Positions 18,727 through 29,074 of a DNA stretch of 57,522 bases are shown piece by piece. The notes under the pieces were generated by a model, which worked only from the letters and a program-made list of their open reading frames with translations, was not told the origin of the DNA and did not search any database. Where the stretch lies: positions 1-57,522 of the IMG/VR virus record IMGVR_UViG_3300034075_000013; one strand, written 5' to 3'. A program made the translations under genes and the position numbers. The stretch's first letter is position 1; each line of letters starts with the position of its first letter. Origin of the DNA: a virus. Lineage: Duplodnaviria > Caudoviricetes.

Positions 18727-18783
18727 AAAAAACCGCCCTCAGGCGGCTTCTGCTGAATTGAAAAAGCCCGCTCTAGGCGGGCC
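18727..18783 (-). terminator. Two tandem intrinsic terminators
   Basis: GCCCGC..GCGGGC-TTTTT and GCCGCC..GGCGG-TTTTTT on minus strand. Confidence 0.7.
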
Positions 18784-18899
18784 GGTGGTACAGTGGCGGG
18801 GTGGCTGACTATCTGAACGCGCTCATCGTTCGCTCTGGCATAGACCCGATCATGTTGGGCTGGCTCGGCTCTCTATGCGTCTTGGCCGTCATAGACTGG

Positions 18900-21062
18900 C
18901 TACGGGGCGGACCCCGCAAGTAACCCGCCGTAGGCGGTTGCCGGCAGCAGCAACCCCTGCGCTAGCGGCTGACGCTGGCGCGGCATCAGAAGCCCCCCCG
19001 TGAGGTCGAGCGCAGGGCGCTGCAACGCCGATGCAGTCATGTAGTCCAGCGGCCTGGAAACAACCATTTCCCCAGCCGGCAGCCGATTAGCAATCGGCTT
19101 GACGTATTTACTCAGCCCTTGCAGCAGACTCCCAACACCAGCCGCCGTCTTGCTGTTGTTGACCGCAGAACCGCGCGGCTGGAATGTTTCAAAACTGCCG
19201 GTTCGTGCCATCGCTTTAAGCGTTTCAACTTCATCGGCCGTAAAGAACAGTCCGAGCTTGCGGTCGCCGATATCCTTGATCGCGGCCTCCATGTTGCGGC
19301 CCGAGAAATTGCCGGTGATCGTGCGACCGTCCTGCGTCTGCACCGCCCCCTTGCCAACCGCCGATTCGCGCAGCTTCTGCATGATCGCCGTGCGCACGGA
19401 CTCTCTGGCGGCAGCGTTTTGGTTGATGGTCTGCGCGGCTTGTGCCACGTCGTCAAAGCCTGCCGCTTTGCTGATGACGTTGTTTTGCACAAAGGTATCT
19501 GCGTTCGCCCCGCCCAGCGCTCGCTGAATGACCGGAGAACTGTCGCGCCACTGGAAGCGCTGACGGGCAGTATCGCGGGCAAGGTTGGCAAGCGTTGCCG
19601 ACTCCATACCTTCGCCGGTTTCGGTCGCGCCAATGATTGACCTTTGCACCGAGTCCCGCAGACGGTCAAGAGCCCTCGCCTGCGCCGTATTCATCGGGTT
19701 GTAGTTGTAGTTGATCGTCTTGATGAGCATTTCCGCGTCATCAATCGACAGCGTCTTCTGCGGTGGTTTCGGCGTCAGGTCCAGCAACACCTTGCCGGAA
19801 GAATCTACGATGGTTTGCGGCGACTGCGGGGCGGCCTTGGGCGCTCCGTGTGCGTGCGGTGGTGCCGGATCAACAATCGCCTTGAATTTCCTGAGCACCG
19901 CGCTAGGGATTACGTCGTCGCCAAAGTCCTTGAGCGTTGACCTGTAGCCCTCTTTGAGCGCATCGAGCGGGATTGGAAGGTCGCGGCCGGTCGAGTCCCG
20001 GTAGGCCTGATAGGCGGCGCGCACTTGCTGGTTCAGACCGTCATCCCTGGCCTGAATCGCACGGGTCACGGCCGAGCCCTGCCCATAAGGATCGATCGGG
20101 CGAGCGCCGCCCATGTCGTCCACCATGCCGACTAGACGCTGGTTGTTCTCCTGCGCGATCTGCGGCAAGCGAGCACTGCGCTGCCCGGTCGCTGCCGCGA
20201 GACTGGAGGCGTTCTGCTCCTGCGTCACATCGAACGGGTCGAGCGTCAGGCGGGCGCGGGTCGGCGTCAGGTTCAACCGCGTGTAGTCGGCTAGATTGGC
20301 GAGCGCCTGCGGGTTGAGGTCGCCACCCGTGTTCATCGCCTTCGTGACCTGCTCGCGTAGCGCGGCACGCATCGCTGGGTTGATCGTCGCCGGGTCAATG
20401 CCGCTGCTTTGAAGCGTGACATTGATGGTCTGGTCCACCCGCTGCTGAATGAGTTGTTGCTGGCCCGGCATCAGATTGCGCGCCGTGGTAGCAACCTTGT
20501 TGCCGAGAGCCCCGCCGGCCTGAGTCGCCATCCCGCCACCGATGCCGCCAAGCAGCGAAGCGCCAGCCTGCACCATGGGAGAGCCGCCAGCCTCGCGCGA
20601 GGCCCCGCCAGCGGCGCCAGCGCCAGCGGCGGAAGCGAGTTGCTGCGGCATATTGGCCGACAGAAAGGCGCCGGCTTGGCCCATAGCGCCAGGCAGGACG
20701 CTGGCGGCACGAGCGGCGCCCCCAAGCCCACCAGCGCCCGCTACGAGCCGCGCAGCGTCCCCGACAACCCGCTCGTCAGCCGTTTCCGGCTTCGGCAGGC
20801 CGAGCGCGTCCAGCCCGCGCGAGGTCAACTCGCCCAGCGGCAACGTCTTGCCGGTCTGCCAGGTTAGCCGGTCGGTGACGTAGCGCAGCGGTTCCGTGAC
20901 GATCTGCGCCGTGTTCGCCAGCCCTTCCAGCCCATAGCGGGCCGTGAGGCCGATCTGGCGCGGAATGGAATTGATTTCCTTCCCGGCGGACACGGCGACT
21001 GGCTCGTCTTCTAGGACGTAGCGTCCCGCCGCCGGTTCATCTTCTAGGACGTAGCGGCTCAT
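18900..21062 (-). CDS. DNA ejection (internal virion) protein, large
   Basis: Position after tail genes, Gly/Ala-rich helical sequence, P22-like synteny. Confidence 0.65.
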   Translation of the reverse strand: MSRYVLEDEPAAGRYVLEDEPVAVSAGKEINSIPRQIGLTARYGLEGLANTAQIVTEPLRYVTDRLTWQTGKTLPLGELTSRGLDALGLPKPETADERVVGDAARLVAGAGGLGGAARAASVLPGAMGQAGAFLSANMPQQLASAAGAGAAGGASREAGGSPMVQAGASLLGGIGGGMATQAGGALGNKVATTARNLMPGQQQLIQQRVDQTINVTLQSSGIDPATINPAMRAALREQVTKAMNTGGDLNPQALANLADYTRLNLTPTRARLTLDPFDVTQEQNASSLAAATGQRSARLPQIAQENNQRLVGMVDDMGGARPIDPYGQGSAVTRAIQARDDGLNQQVRAAYQAYRDSTGRDLPIPLDALKEGYRSTLKDFGDDVIPSAVLRKFKAIVDPAPPHAHGAPKAAPQSPQTIVDSSGKVLLDLTPKPPQKTLSIDDAEMLIKTINYNYNPMNTAQARALDRLRDSVQRSIIGATETGEGMESATLANLARDTARQRFQWRDSSPVIQRALGGANADTFVQNNVISKAAGFDDVAQAAQTINQNAAARESVRTAIMQKLRESAVGKGAVQTQDGRTITGNFSGRNMEAAIKDIGDRKLGLFFTADEVETLKAMARTGSFETFQPRGSAVNNSKTAAGVGSLLQGLSKYVKPIANRLPAGEMVVSRPLDYMTASALQRPALDLTGGLLMPRQRQPLAQGLLLPATAYGGLLAGSAP

Positions 21063-22582
21063 TGAATTTCAACCCATTTCGCGCCGTTGGACTTGTAGCG
21101 CTTGCCGGTTTGCGTGTCCACGAGCGTCTTGCCAGCATTCGCGGCGCTAGGCATCGGCATCGTAGGGAACGCCTTGGGCTTGGGCGGCTCTGCGTCATTC
21201 CCGGGCTGGTTCAGGTGCGCGTATTTCGCCTGCAGCTTTTCGAGTGTGTCGAGCGCGGCTTTTCGCTGCGGAAGCGGCTTTGTGCTGTCGCCCACCATGC
21301 CAGCCATGGTCTTGTAGTTCTGAACATCAAAGTTCGACTGCGGGCCTTCCATGCGCGGGACGTTGCTTACCATCCAGCCGGACAGGGTTTCAAGTTGAGC
21401 AGCAGCATCGGCGCCGGGAGTGCTCAAGCCAAACAGGTTAGCGCCCTGATCAACAAGCCATCCAGCGCCGCTGTTGGTCGGGCCTTTGTCGAACAGCTTG
21501 CGGGCCTCCGCGATGTAGTTCAGCGTGTCGCGCGAATTCATGGCGCCTTTTTGCATGGTCGCGTCGCGGGCGGCAGCCGCCTTTGCGTCGTCAATGGCTT
21601 GCGTCTTTTCCGCTTCGCTTTGCAGCGGCATTCCTACCGTGGCTCGGGAAGTGCCGCCGATGGCTTTCAACTCCCGATTGAGCGCCGTCAGGTCATTGTT
21701 GGCTCGCTGCGCCGCCGTCTGATCGCCGGTCCTCAGCGCGGCTTGCAGTTGGGCCTGCGCTTTGGTGACTTCCTGATTGAGGATGTCGGCCCGGCCCGCA
21801 TCTGCGCCAGCGGGAACGCCTCCTTGTACCTGCGGAATGCGCATCAGCGCGCCCCGACTGGTCATCTGCGGGGGTTGCCCCTGCGGGGTCACCGTAACCG
21901 GGTCGAAGTTCGCCTTCGCGCTTTCGTCGATGTTGCGATACCCGGCATAGGTGTTCAGTGCGCCAGAGGGAGCCGAAACAACCGGGAGCCCCGTGTTCGG
22001 GTCGATCTGCACCATGGACGTTTGGCCGTTCTGCGAGACGTTCAGTTGCGGCAGGAATCCAGCGCCCAGCTTGTTCTTGTCGTATGCGTAGCCGTTGGAA
22101 ACCTGCATGTCGCGCGAGCCGTGCTTCGCCAGAAGTTCGGAGATCTTCTTGCCGCCGTTGAACAGGACATCGGCCTTGATGGCGTCTTCAGGGATGCCCA
22201 TCGCGCGGGCTTGGGCAATAACGCCACCACCCATCGGGGCGGCACCTTGCGGCATCGTCGGCCCGAAGCCGTCAGCAGACGGAGCGAACGCGCCTGGCGA
22301 CATTCCGCCGCTACCGTACAGGAACGACGTTTGATCAGCCTGCGCCTTTTGGGCGAGTGCGAGCTTTGACTTGCGCTCGTCCGCCTGCGCCTGTGTTTCG
22401 GCTAGTTGTGCTTCCAGCAGCCCGCGCCGCAGTTTGCGGTCCGGCGCTTCCGCGAACACCTGATTGGCGCCCAGCAGCCCGCCAGCCAGGTTTCCGGACA
22501 ACAAGCCAGCGGCTAGCGCCATGTTCGCCTGTGAACGCGGGTCATCACCGCCAGCGCCAAAGAGTTGGTCTAGTAGTCCCAT
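21059..22582 (-). CDS. DNA ejection (internal virion) protein
   Basis: MGLLD start, Gly/Ala/Gln-rich, synteny. Confidence 0.65.
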   Translation of the reverse strand: MGLLDQLFGAGGDDPRSQANMALAAGLLSGNLAGGLLGANQVFAEAPDRKLRRGLLEAQLAETQAQADERKSKLALAQKAQADQTSFLYGSGGMSPGAFAPSADGFGPTMPQGAAPMGGGVIAQARAMGIPEDAIKADVLFNGGKKISELLAKHGSRDMQVSNGYAYDKNKLGAGFLPQLNVSQNGQTSMVQIDPNTGLPVVSAPSGALNTYAGYRNIDESAKANFDPVTVTPQGQPPQMTSRGALMRIPQVQGGVPAGADAGRADILNQEVTKAQAQLQAALRTGDQTAAQRANNDLTALNRELKAIGGTSRATVGMPLQSEAEKTQAIDDAKAAAARDATMQKGAMNSRDTLNYIAEARKLFDKGPTNSGAGWLVDQGANLFGLSTPGADAAAQLETLSGWMVSNVPRMEGPQSNFDVQNYKTMAGMVGDSTKPLPQRKAALDTLEKLQAKYAHLNQPGNDAEPPKPKAFPTMPMPSAANAGKTLVDTQTGKRYKSNGAKWVEIQ

Positions 22583-22584
22583 GC

Positions 22585-23766
22585 TCACCACCACCCCATA
22601 TTCCTGGCGTACTGTCCGGCCCCCATGGCGCCGCCAAGCAGACCCTGCCAGCCCCCGCCCTGCGTTCCGCCGCTGGTCTGCGTGACGTTGTTGCCGGCAG
22701 TGGTGTTAAAGATGCCGTTGGCCGTTTGCAGCGGTTGCCAGCCACCACGAACACCCATGTCGTAGATGTTCGCGCCAAGGCCGAGTTGCTGCATATCGAG
22801 CGAGCGATTGGTGTTGTAGTTCGAGATGTCTTGCCCGCGACCCGTGAGATAGCGGTTCTGCGCGTTCGTCCAGTCGCTGCCATACAGCCCGGCGAGTTGA
22901 CCCTGCAGGCTATCCATGGCGCCTCGCGTGGCAATCCCTTCAGCGACCCCTTGCCGGGAGCCGCCAAGTGTGCCGTTACGGATCGAGTTGGAGCGAATGG
23001 AGTTGAACGCCTGTCCGAGCCCCTGCTGGGTTCTGCGGCCGATTTCATCAGCGGTAGCTGACAGCCACGGCGAGGCTTGGTAGCCACCGAACTGCTGCCC
23101 GAACATACCTTGAGCAGCCGGCCCGCCCAGCGCGTAAGGCGAAGCACCCGCCCCGCCATGCTGCGACAGGTCGTTGATCATGGGGTTGTACCCGCCACCG
23201 TTCGCCGGAGTCCCAGCGTTCGGGCCAGCGTAGACCGCCCCGCCAGCACCGTAAGCCGGGTTCTGCATGGTCGCGGTAGCAGGGGTCGGTGCCGCGAGAT
23301 TGGGCATCGCCGGCAGGTTTGACGCAGGAAGCCCGGTCGCGGTCGGCTGCACCGGCTGCATGTACGGCGCTGGGTTCGCCACATCAGCGCCGTAGATGCC
23401 CTGATACGCGGAAATCTGCGGCGCGTACTGCTGTTCGTAACCCGTCACCTGTTCCGGTGTCCATCCCATCGCGCGGGCCTGCTGATCATCCGTCAGCCCC
23501 ATACCCTGCGTTGCGCCGAGAATGCCCCAGTTGCGCTGATCCACGTTGCCAGGCAACTGCATCAAGGGATCGCTCCATTGCGTGTCGATGTAGTTCTGCG
23601 CGTTCGCCACGCCGTAGCGGTCATTCACGGCGCCAGCGTCCCAGCCGGTCGCGCCAGCCAGGTCGCCAGTGCTCACGCCGTACTGATTCATCGCCGCCGC
23701 GATGTCGCGGTCAGTGGCCTGCGGGTTAGCCGCCAGCCAGGACAGAATCTCTTGTTGCGTCGCCAT
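22585..23766 (-). CDS. DNA ejection / pilot-like protein
   Basis: GTLGGSRQGVAEG motif, GLLGGAMGAG C-terminus. Confidence 0.65.
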   Translation of the reverse strand: MATQQEILSWLAANPQATDRDIAAAMNQYGVSTGDLAGATGWDAGAVNDRYGVANAQNYIDTQWSDPLMQLPGNVDQRNWGILGATQGMGLTDDQQARAMGWTPEQVTGYEQQYAPQISAYQGIYGADVANPAPYMQPVQPTATGLPASNLPAMPNLAAPTPATATMQNPAYGAGGAVYAGPNAGTPANGGGYNPMINDLSQHGGAGASPYALGGPAAQGMFGQQFGGYQASPWLSATADEIGRRTQQGLGQAFNSIRSNSIRNGTLGGSRQGVAEGIATRGAMDSLQGQLAGLYGSDWTNAQNRYLTGRGQDISNYNTNRSLDMQQLGLGANIYDMGVRGGWQPLQTANGIFNTTAGNNVTQTSGGTQGGGWQGLLGGAMGAGQYARNMGWW

Positions 23767-24581
23767 TACCGAATCCTCCCGAACAGGCCAAAGCCGTTGC
23801 CGGCGACTGGCGTATTGAGCAAGCCGCGCCCGACGCGCTGCATATCGTCATAGCCTTGCAGGCCGCCCGGAGCCATCTGGCCGGCGAGCTTGTCGTATGT
23901 CATCTGCAAGAGCCCCGGCTGGCCGTTCGCGCCGAATAGGTACGGGTCCACTCGGGGATCGGTCTTGCGCTCGGAGGTCTGTTCGGTCTTTTGACCCTTG
24001 GCCCCTGCGGCAGCGCCGAGCAGGGTTGCGGCCGGGCCGAGCCATTTAGCGGCGCTGCCTAGCGTGCTGGCGGCACCAGTGGCCCCCGCTGCGCCTGCCG
24101 CGCCAGAGCCGCCAGCAGCACCAAGCGCCGCCAGTTCGGCCTCCGTCATGCCTCCGAGCGCGCCAATCGAGGCGACAGGCTCGGTCGCGCCGAGCGCGCC
24201 ATACCCTGCACCGCCAGCAGCGCCGCCGAACGCCCCGCCCGGCAGCATCGACATCCCGCCAGCCGCAGCAAGGGCCATCAGGAACGTCTGCATGGCGTCG
24301 TCGGTCTTGAACGTGCCTTCGTTGAGGAACGTCCCCTGCGGGTCGTAGACGTTGAACTTGTCCTGCCCCGCCTGCGTTTTGTTCGGGTCGTACTCGAACA
24401 GCGAAGTCATGCCGGTAGCGCCGCCCCCATCCTGCCCCCAACCCTGCTGCGCGTCGGACTGGTACATCCGCCCGCCTTCGCTGAATGGCGTGGCCATGTT
24501 GGGCGACCAGCCAGAGCCGGACGCAGGTTGCGCGTAATACGCTTGGATTCGCGCTAGCAGTTCGGGTGAAAGATTCGCCAT
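23766..24581 (-). CDS. DNA ejection protein (Gly/Ala-rich)
   Basis: Gly/Ala-rich hydrophobic stretch; synteny. Confidence 0.6.
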   Translation of the reverse strand: MANLSPELLARIQAYYAQPASGSGWSPNMATPFSEGGRMYQSDAQQGWGQDGGGATGMTSLFEYDPNKTQAGQDKFNVYDPQGTFLNEGTFKTDDAMQTFLMALAAAGGMSMLPGGAFGGAAGGAGYGALGATEPVASIGALGGMTEAELAALGAAGGSGAAGAAGATGAASTLGSAAKWLGPAATLLGAAAGAKGQKTEQTSERKTDPRVDPYLFGANGQPGLLQMTYDKLAGQMAPGGLQGYDDMQRVGRGLLNTPVAGNGFGLFGRIR

Positions 24582-24597
24582 ACAGGCTCCCTAAATG

Positions 24598-24619
24598 AAA
24601 AAACCGCCCGAAGGCGGCT
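24598..24619 (-). terminator. Intrinsic terminator
   Basis: GCCGCC-TTCG-GGCGG-TTTTTT. Confidence 0.75.
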
Positions 24620-24640
24620 CTCTGTGGTGTGTGACAGTCT

Positions 24641-25009
24641 CTATGCGCCAGAGCCGGTCAAGTCCGGCATCGCGCCGGGCGTCCAGCCGGACCCGCCGAC
24701 GATTTGCACGACTTCCTGACCGGAGAGGTCAAGGGCGATCTTCTCGGCGGCGCGTTCTGCGTTGATCTTCGCGTCCGCCTGCATGTCGTTGAGCAGCCAG
24801 TCGGCGTAGGCGCTGGCTTCCTTGTCGTTGGCCTGCACGTACACGCCGTCACGCGGAATCCAGTACGTCACTTCGTCAGACGATCCAACGACAGCGGACG
24901 GGACCATCACGCCGTCCGGCCGCATCACTTCAGCGGGCGTCTTGACGTTGTCAACGGCAACAATCTGGTTCGTGAATACCGCGTGAGTCAGGAAGTACAG
25001 GAAATCCAT
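24641..25009 (-). CDS. Hypothetical protein
   Basis: GGAG RBS, coding-like composition. Confidence 0.6.
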   Translation of the reverse strand: MDFLYFLTHAVFTNQIVAVDNVKTPAEVMRPDGVMVPSAVVGSSDEVTYWIPRDGVYVQANDKEASAYADWLLNDMQADAKINAERAAEKIALDLSGQEVVQIVGGSGWTPGAMPDLTGSGA

Positions 25010-25052
25010 TCAGCCGCTCCAGTGGTGTAAGGATTTGTACTATAGGCGCTGT

Positions 25053-26399
25053 TCAGCTTCCGCGCAAGGCCGCCACCTCGGCAGCAAGCTCCTGCACCGC
25101 CTTGACCAGCGGGCCGATCAGCGACAGGTGGTTAATGCCCATCTTGCCGTTCGGGTTCGTGAACGCCAGCGCGTCCTTTTGTCCGGCCGGCGTGGCGATC
25201 TCGGCCACCTCTTGCGCGATGAATCCGTGCTGCTGGTAGTCCGGGTCGCTGATGAACCGGAACCGGCGCGGACGCAGCGCCTTCACGAAGGCGAGCCCTA
25301 GCGCCTCGTCCTCGATATCTTGCTTTAGCGTGCGATCGGACGCCGTCTGCAAGATGATGTTGTTACTCGAACAGTTGACCTCGTAGGTCGGAGCCAGCCC
25401 GGTCCCCATTTGCATCGTGAAGCCGGCGCCGCTGGCATTGGCCGTGCCCACGTTGCCGTTCACGATGCGGGTCCAACTGGAGGCGGCATACCCGCCCAAG
25501 GCGCTGGAATCGGCCGCAGTACCAGCAACCGGCAGGTAGACGCCGCTGTGGTTGTGGCTCGATGTAGCGAATGCCGTGGATGCGTTGCCGTTCAGGTATT
25601 GCGCATTGAGGTTGGTACAAAGGGTCCCGTTAGAAACAGGGATCGCGCCATTTGTGTTGCCGGGCACATACCCCATGAGTTGCTGCACGTTGATGGCAAC
25701 CGAGGCGCCAAGCCCGTTGCTAACCTGAATCGCACCATCCACCGTCAGCGCCGGCCCGCCTGCCGTGTTCTCGGCAACTACTGCGGCGGTGCCGACAGAT
25801 GCAGACGTCCCATGCACGCCCGCGGCACTTGATCCAGCAATGCCCTTGACGCCTCCATGAACGCCGGCTCCGGTGCCGGCAACCGCCGCATAGGTCTTGC
25901 CGCCAGAGGATGTAGCTCCGCCGAAGCTGGCCGTTCCCGTAGTGCTGATATCTCCGCTAAACGTCCCGCTGGCAGCGCTCAGCGCCCCCGCGAACGTCCC
26001 CGTAGCCGCTGACAAACTCCCCGCAAAGGTGCCCGTGGCAGCACTGAGCGAACCAGCAAACGTCCCGGTCGCCGCGCTCAAAGAGCCCGCAAACGTGCCA
26101 GTCGCCGCCGACAGCGCGCCGGAAAACGTCCCCGTTGAACCGGTAATGTCGCCCCGAGTCCATGCGCCATTGCGCCGGACGTACTTTCCGGGGCCGTATC
26201 CGGGGTTCCAATCCACCCCATCAGCCTCGATTTCATCGCCGTCCATCGCCTTCGCCGGAGGCGCGTGCAGCACTTGCCGCCGGGTAATCGGCTCCGGCGA
26301 CTCAAGTCCGCGCTTCAGCGCCGCCAGCTCCCCGCGCAAAAACGTAGGGATCAGCCTCGGATCGGACGGGACGTTGCCCGGCTTGTAGATGGTCGTCAC
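25053..26399 (-). CDS. Tail fibre/needle with C-terminal intramolecular chaperone (peptidase S74)
   Basis: SDRTLKQDI...GFIAQEV...LVKAVQEL; 11-aa TGTFAGSLSAA repeats. Confidence 0.85.
   Translation of the reverse strand: MTTIYKPGNVPSDPRLIPTFLRGELAALKRGLESPEPITRRQVLHAPPAKAMDGDEIEADGVDWNPGYGPGKYVRRNGAWTRGDITGSTGTFSGALSAATGTFAGSLSAATGTFAGSLSAATGTFAGSLSAATGTFAGALSAASGTFSGDISTTGTASFGGATSSGGKTYAAVAGTGAGVHGGVKGIAGSSAAGVHGTSASVGTAAVVAENTAGGPALTVDGAIQVSNGLGASVAINVQQLMGYVPGNTNGAIPVSNGTLCTNLNAQYLNGNASTAFATSSHNHSGVYLPVAGTAADSSALGGYAASSWTRIVNGNVGTANASGAGFTMQMGTGLAPTYEVNCSSNNIILQTASDRTLKQDIEDEALGLAFVKALRPRRFRFISDPDYQQHGFIAQEVAEIATPAGQKDALAFTNPNGKMGINHLSLIGPLVKAVQELAAEVAALRGS
25950..26135 (-). repeat. About 5.5 copies of a degenerate 33-bp (11-aa) repeat in the fibre
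   Basis: TGTF(S/A)G(A/S)LSAA repeated with synonymous divergence. Confidence 0.8.
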
Positions 26400-28135
26400 C
26401 GCTTGCCCCCGCCAGTCACGTCCAGATCGCCCGAGCGCAGCAGCAGCGGCGCGGCGGTCGTCGTGGACATCTTCACCGCACCGAACCGGCCAGAGGTCGC
26501 CCGCGCATCAGCGTAGTCCGTGGTGCCGACCGTGTAGGTCGCCGGGCTGGTCCACGTCACTGAGCCATCAGCCGTTTTCGACGAGCCGTGATAGACAGAC
26601 ATGGTGTTGCCCGCAGTGCCGTCCACGTTCCAACGCGAACGCTGGATGAACTTCATGGTGTCCCGATCGCCGAAGTCCATTCCGGTCCTCTCCAGCGTCG
26701 CGGTCACGGAGGTCGTCGCCGCGCTATCGACCATCAGAAAGTCGAAGTCCGAATTCATCAGCATCAGCCGACTGCGCGAGGTCAAGGAAGCGGGCCACAG
26801 GCCGCAGGCCGCGAAGGAAACGCCTTCGGTGCCGGTCGTGACCGCGAACATGTCGAAGATGCCCCACGCGCCAGCGCCGTCGTTGGCTTCCCAATTCCAC
26901 ACCAGCGCCTTGTCGCATCCCTTGGTGCTGCTTGTGGTCGCGTAGAGAATCCAGACCTCAGATTTCTCCGGGTTGACGGTCATGAACACCCGGTCCGGGC
27001 GGTTCGTGATATCGAAGGACGAGGCGAAATACTTGCGGATCACGCCGTCCGCGATGCTGTTCGCGCCACCGCCCTGGTGAATCTTGATGTCGAGGTTCTG
27101 CGTCAAAAACACATGGCCGCGCGGGGTGTCAACGACGCACCACGCCCGATAGAGCCCGTCGTTTCCGGGCAAGCGGGTGACGGAGAACACGTCGATGCCA
27201 CCGACGTACTGCTGGGCGTAGTACGAGTCGGACTTGTAGACGATGTTCGCGTCACCCAGCGGCAGGCTGTCCACCAGCAATCCCGGCGTTTCGGCAAGAG
27301 CCGGGTAGCTGCCGGCCTCGTTGGTGTCGGTGGAGGTAAAAGTAGTCGGGATCGCTCCCGGCTCAGCGGCGTCGGTCCAGTAGACCACCTGCCCGGACAG
27401 CGCAACGAGGAAGTTCTTGTATGGCCTGACGGAAACGCAGGACGCCGGAACAGAAAACGGCACCTGACGCAGCCGCACGGCCGCAGTGCCGCCCCAGTAG
27501 TACAGGCCATCGCTCGGCCCGTACAGGAAGAACACGCCGTTGAGCGCGCCGCCGGTCGGATAGGTCGGCAGGCCAGCGAAGTCGCTCGCCGCCGCCGACG
27601 TGACGACCACATAGGCCCCCACCACCGTGGCATTCGCGGCAATCGTGCTGGTGGTGACGTAGGTGAACTTGTTGACTGCCGTAACCGTGATTGCCACGTT
27701 GGCGACGTTGTAGCCGCTCTCGGTCGCGCCATAAACCGTGACCGTGTCGGCAGTCGAGAGCCCGTGATTTGCCGCCGTGGTGACTTCGGCGAGGTTCGCG
27801 CCGAGCCGGTTGAGCGTGCTGATGGTCTCCGACTTGCGATAGCGCGTGATTTCCGTATGCACCGCAGGCGTTGCGCCGTCGAGGCAATACGCTTTCGTGG
27901 TGTTGCCATACACCGCCATTTGTCCGGCAGTGCCGTAAAACGGGAACAGAAAGGCCCCGCTCGTCGCCGTGATGGTGGCCCCGGTGTTCTTGCTGATGAC
28001 GCCCTCGAACTTCTCGGCGAAGCCCTTGCGGAACCGGAAATTGAGCGCATCAGACAGCCAACCATCGCCCAGCTCGGACGGCAGTAAGTCCTTGTTGACG
28101 CCTTTGTCAAAGGTGATGGGAGCCTTTGCCATCAA
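26396..28135 (-). CDS. Tail hub / packaged-DNA stabilisation protein (P22 gp10-like)
   Basis: GVNKDLLPSEL start, beta-propeller-like sequence, synteny. Confidence 0.7.
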   Translation of the reverse strand: MMAKAPITFDKGVNKDLLPSELGDGWLSDALNFRFRKGFAEKFEGVISKNTGATITATSGAFLFPFYGTAGQMAVYGNTTKAYCLDGATPAVHTEITRYRKSETISTLNRLGANLAEVTTAANHGLSTADTVTVYGATESGYNVANVAITVTAVNKFTYVTTSTIAANATVVGAYVVVTSAAASDFAGLPTYPTGGALNGVFFLYGPSDGLYYWGGTAAVRLRQVPFSVPASCVSVRPYKNFLVALSGQVVYWTDAAEPGAIPTTFTSTDTNEAGSYPALAETPGLLVDSLPLGDANIVYKSDSYYAQQYVGGIDVFSVTRLPGNDGLYRAWCVVDTPRGHVFLTQNLDIKIHQGGGANSIADGVIRKYFASSFDITNRPDRVFMTVNPEKSEVWILYATTSSTKGCDKALVWNWEANDGAGAWGIFDMFAVTTGTEGVSFAACGLWPASLTSRSRLMLMNSDFDFLMVDSAATTSVTATLERTGMDFGDRDTMKFIQRSRWNVDGTAGNTMSVYHGSSKTADGSVTWTSPATYTVGTTDYADARATSGRFGAVKMSTTTAAPLLLRSGDLDVTGGGKR

Positions 28136-28768
28136 TCACCCACTAAAAATGTCAGACTTGGCGCCGGACGGAACGTCATTGCGCATCGGCACCATGGCTC
28201 TGGTGCGGTTCTCGGCCGCCTTGAACGAGGCCACCGCCTTGACCAGCTTGGACTCCCACGTATCGAACAGATCAACGTCGCGGGTGTAGCGAGCCACTTC
28301 CACCATGGACGCAGCTAGGTAGATATCAGGGCGCCGGTCAAGCAGGTAGTTGGTCGCCACGGACCCGGAGAGATTCGACTTCTTGATACAGCGCAGGTAG
28401 GCGGTGTAATTGGCGCTGGCCGGGCAGTCGAACCGGATGTTTGCGCCGTCGATGGCCCAATACGTCGGCTGGTTGTTGCTGGTGTCGTAAGGCAGTTCCT
28501 GCGGCAGCGCAGGCGACAGCGGAACGCGAACCGAGGACACCACAAGCCACAGCGCAATCGGGCTGATGAAGCCGGAGGGCAACGCGACGTAGTTCTGTCC
28601 GGTGGTGAGGGTCAGCGTCTCCTCAGACTCCATGTTCTTGAGGATGAGTTTGTCGTACAGGCGAGCCTCTGCGAGGGTGATGCAGTCCACGATGGCCGTG
28701 GTGAGGTCGGTTCTGTTGGCGAAGTCGGCAATCGCCGCCTTCAACTCGGTGTAGCTACTTAGTGCCAT
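28136..28768 (-). CDS. Head-tail adaptor / tail tubular protein A-like
   Basis: YTELKAAIADFANRTDL...PDIYLAAS signature. Confidence 0.75.
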   Translation of the reverse strand: MALSSYTELKAAIADFANRTDLTTAIVDCITLAEARLYDKLILKNMESEETLTLTTGQNYVALPSGFISPIALWLVVSSVRVPLSPALPQELPYDTSNNQPTYWAIDGANIRFDCPASANYTAYLRCIKKSNLSGSVATNYLLDRRPDIYLAASMVEVARYTRDVDLFDTWESKLVKAVASFKAAENRTRAMVPMRNDVPSGAKSDIFSG

Positions 28769-29074
28769 TTACTTCGCCTTCGGGGGGCGGCCAGGCTTTC
28801 GCTTTGGCGGTTCGGAGACGACTGGCAGCACCAGCGGTGCAACCGGAGCGTCGAGCGGCGCATTGGGAATCGGCTCGGCTTCAGGGACAGACCCGCGATG
28901 CAACAGATCGGACAGCGGCGGATCAAGGCGCATGGACTCGGCCAGCGCTTCCTTGAGCACTTCCTCGGTCGGACGCTCCACCGACCACCCAAGCGATTGC
29001 AACTGCGCAACCTCGCTGGTGCTGTAGGCGTGCATCGCTCCGTGCTTGCCAACCATCCGAACAGGAAATTTCAT
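28769..29074 (-). CDS. Hypothetical head-region protein
   Basis: GW motif and C-terminal KRKPGRPPK. Confidence 0.6.
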   Translation of the reverse strand: MKFPVRMVGKHGAMHAYSTSEVAQLQSLGWSVERPTEEVLKEALAESMRLDPPLSDLLHRGSVPEAEPIPNAPLDAPVAPLVLPVVSEPPKRKPGRPPKAK

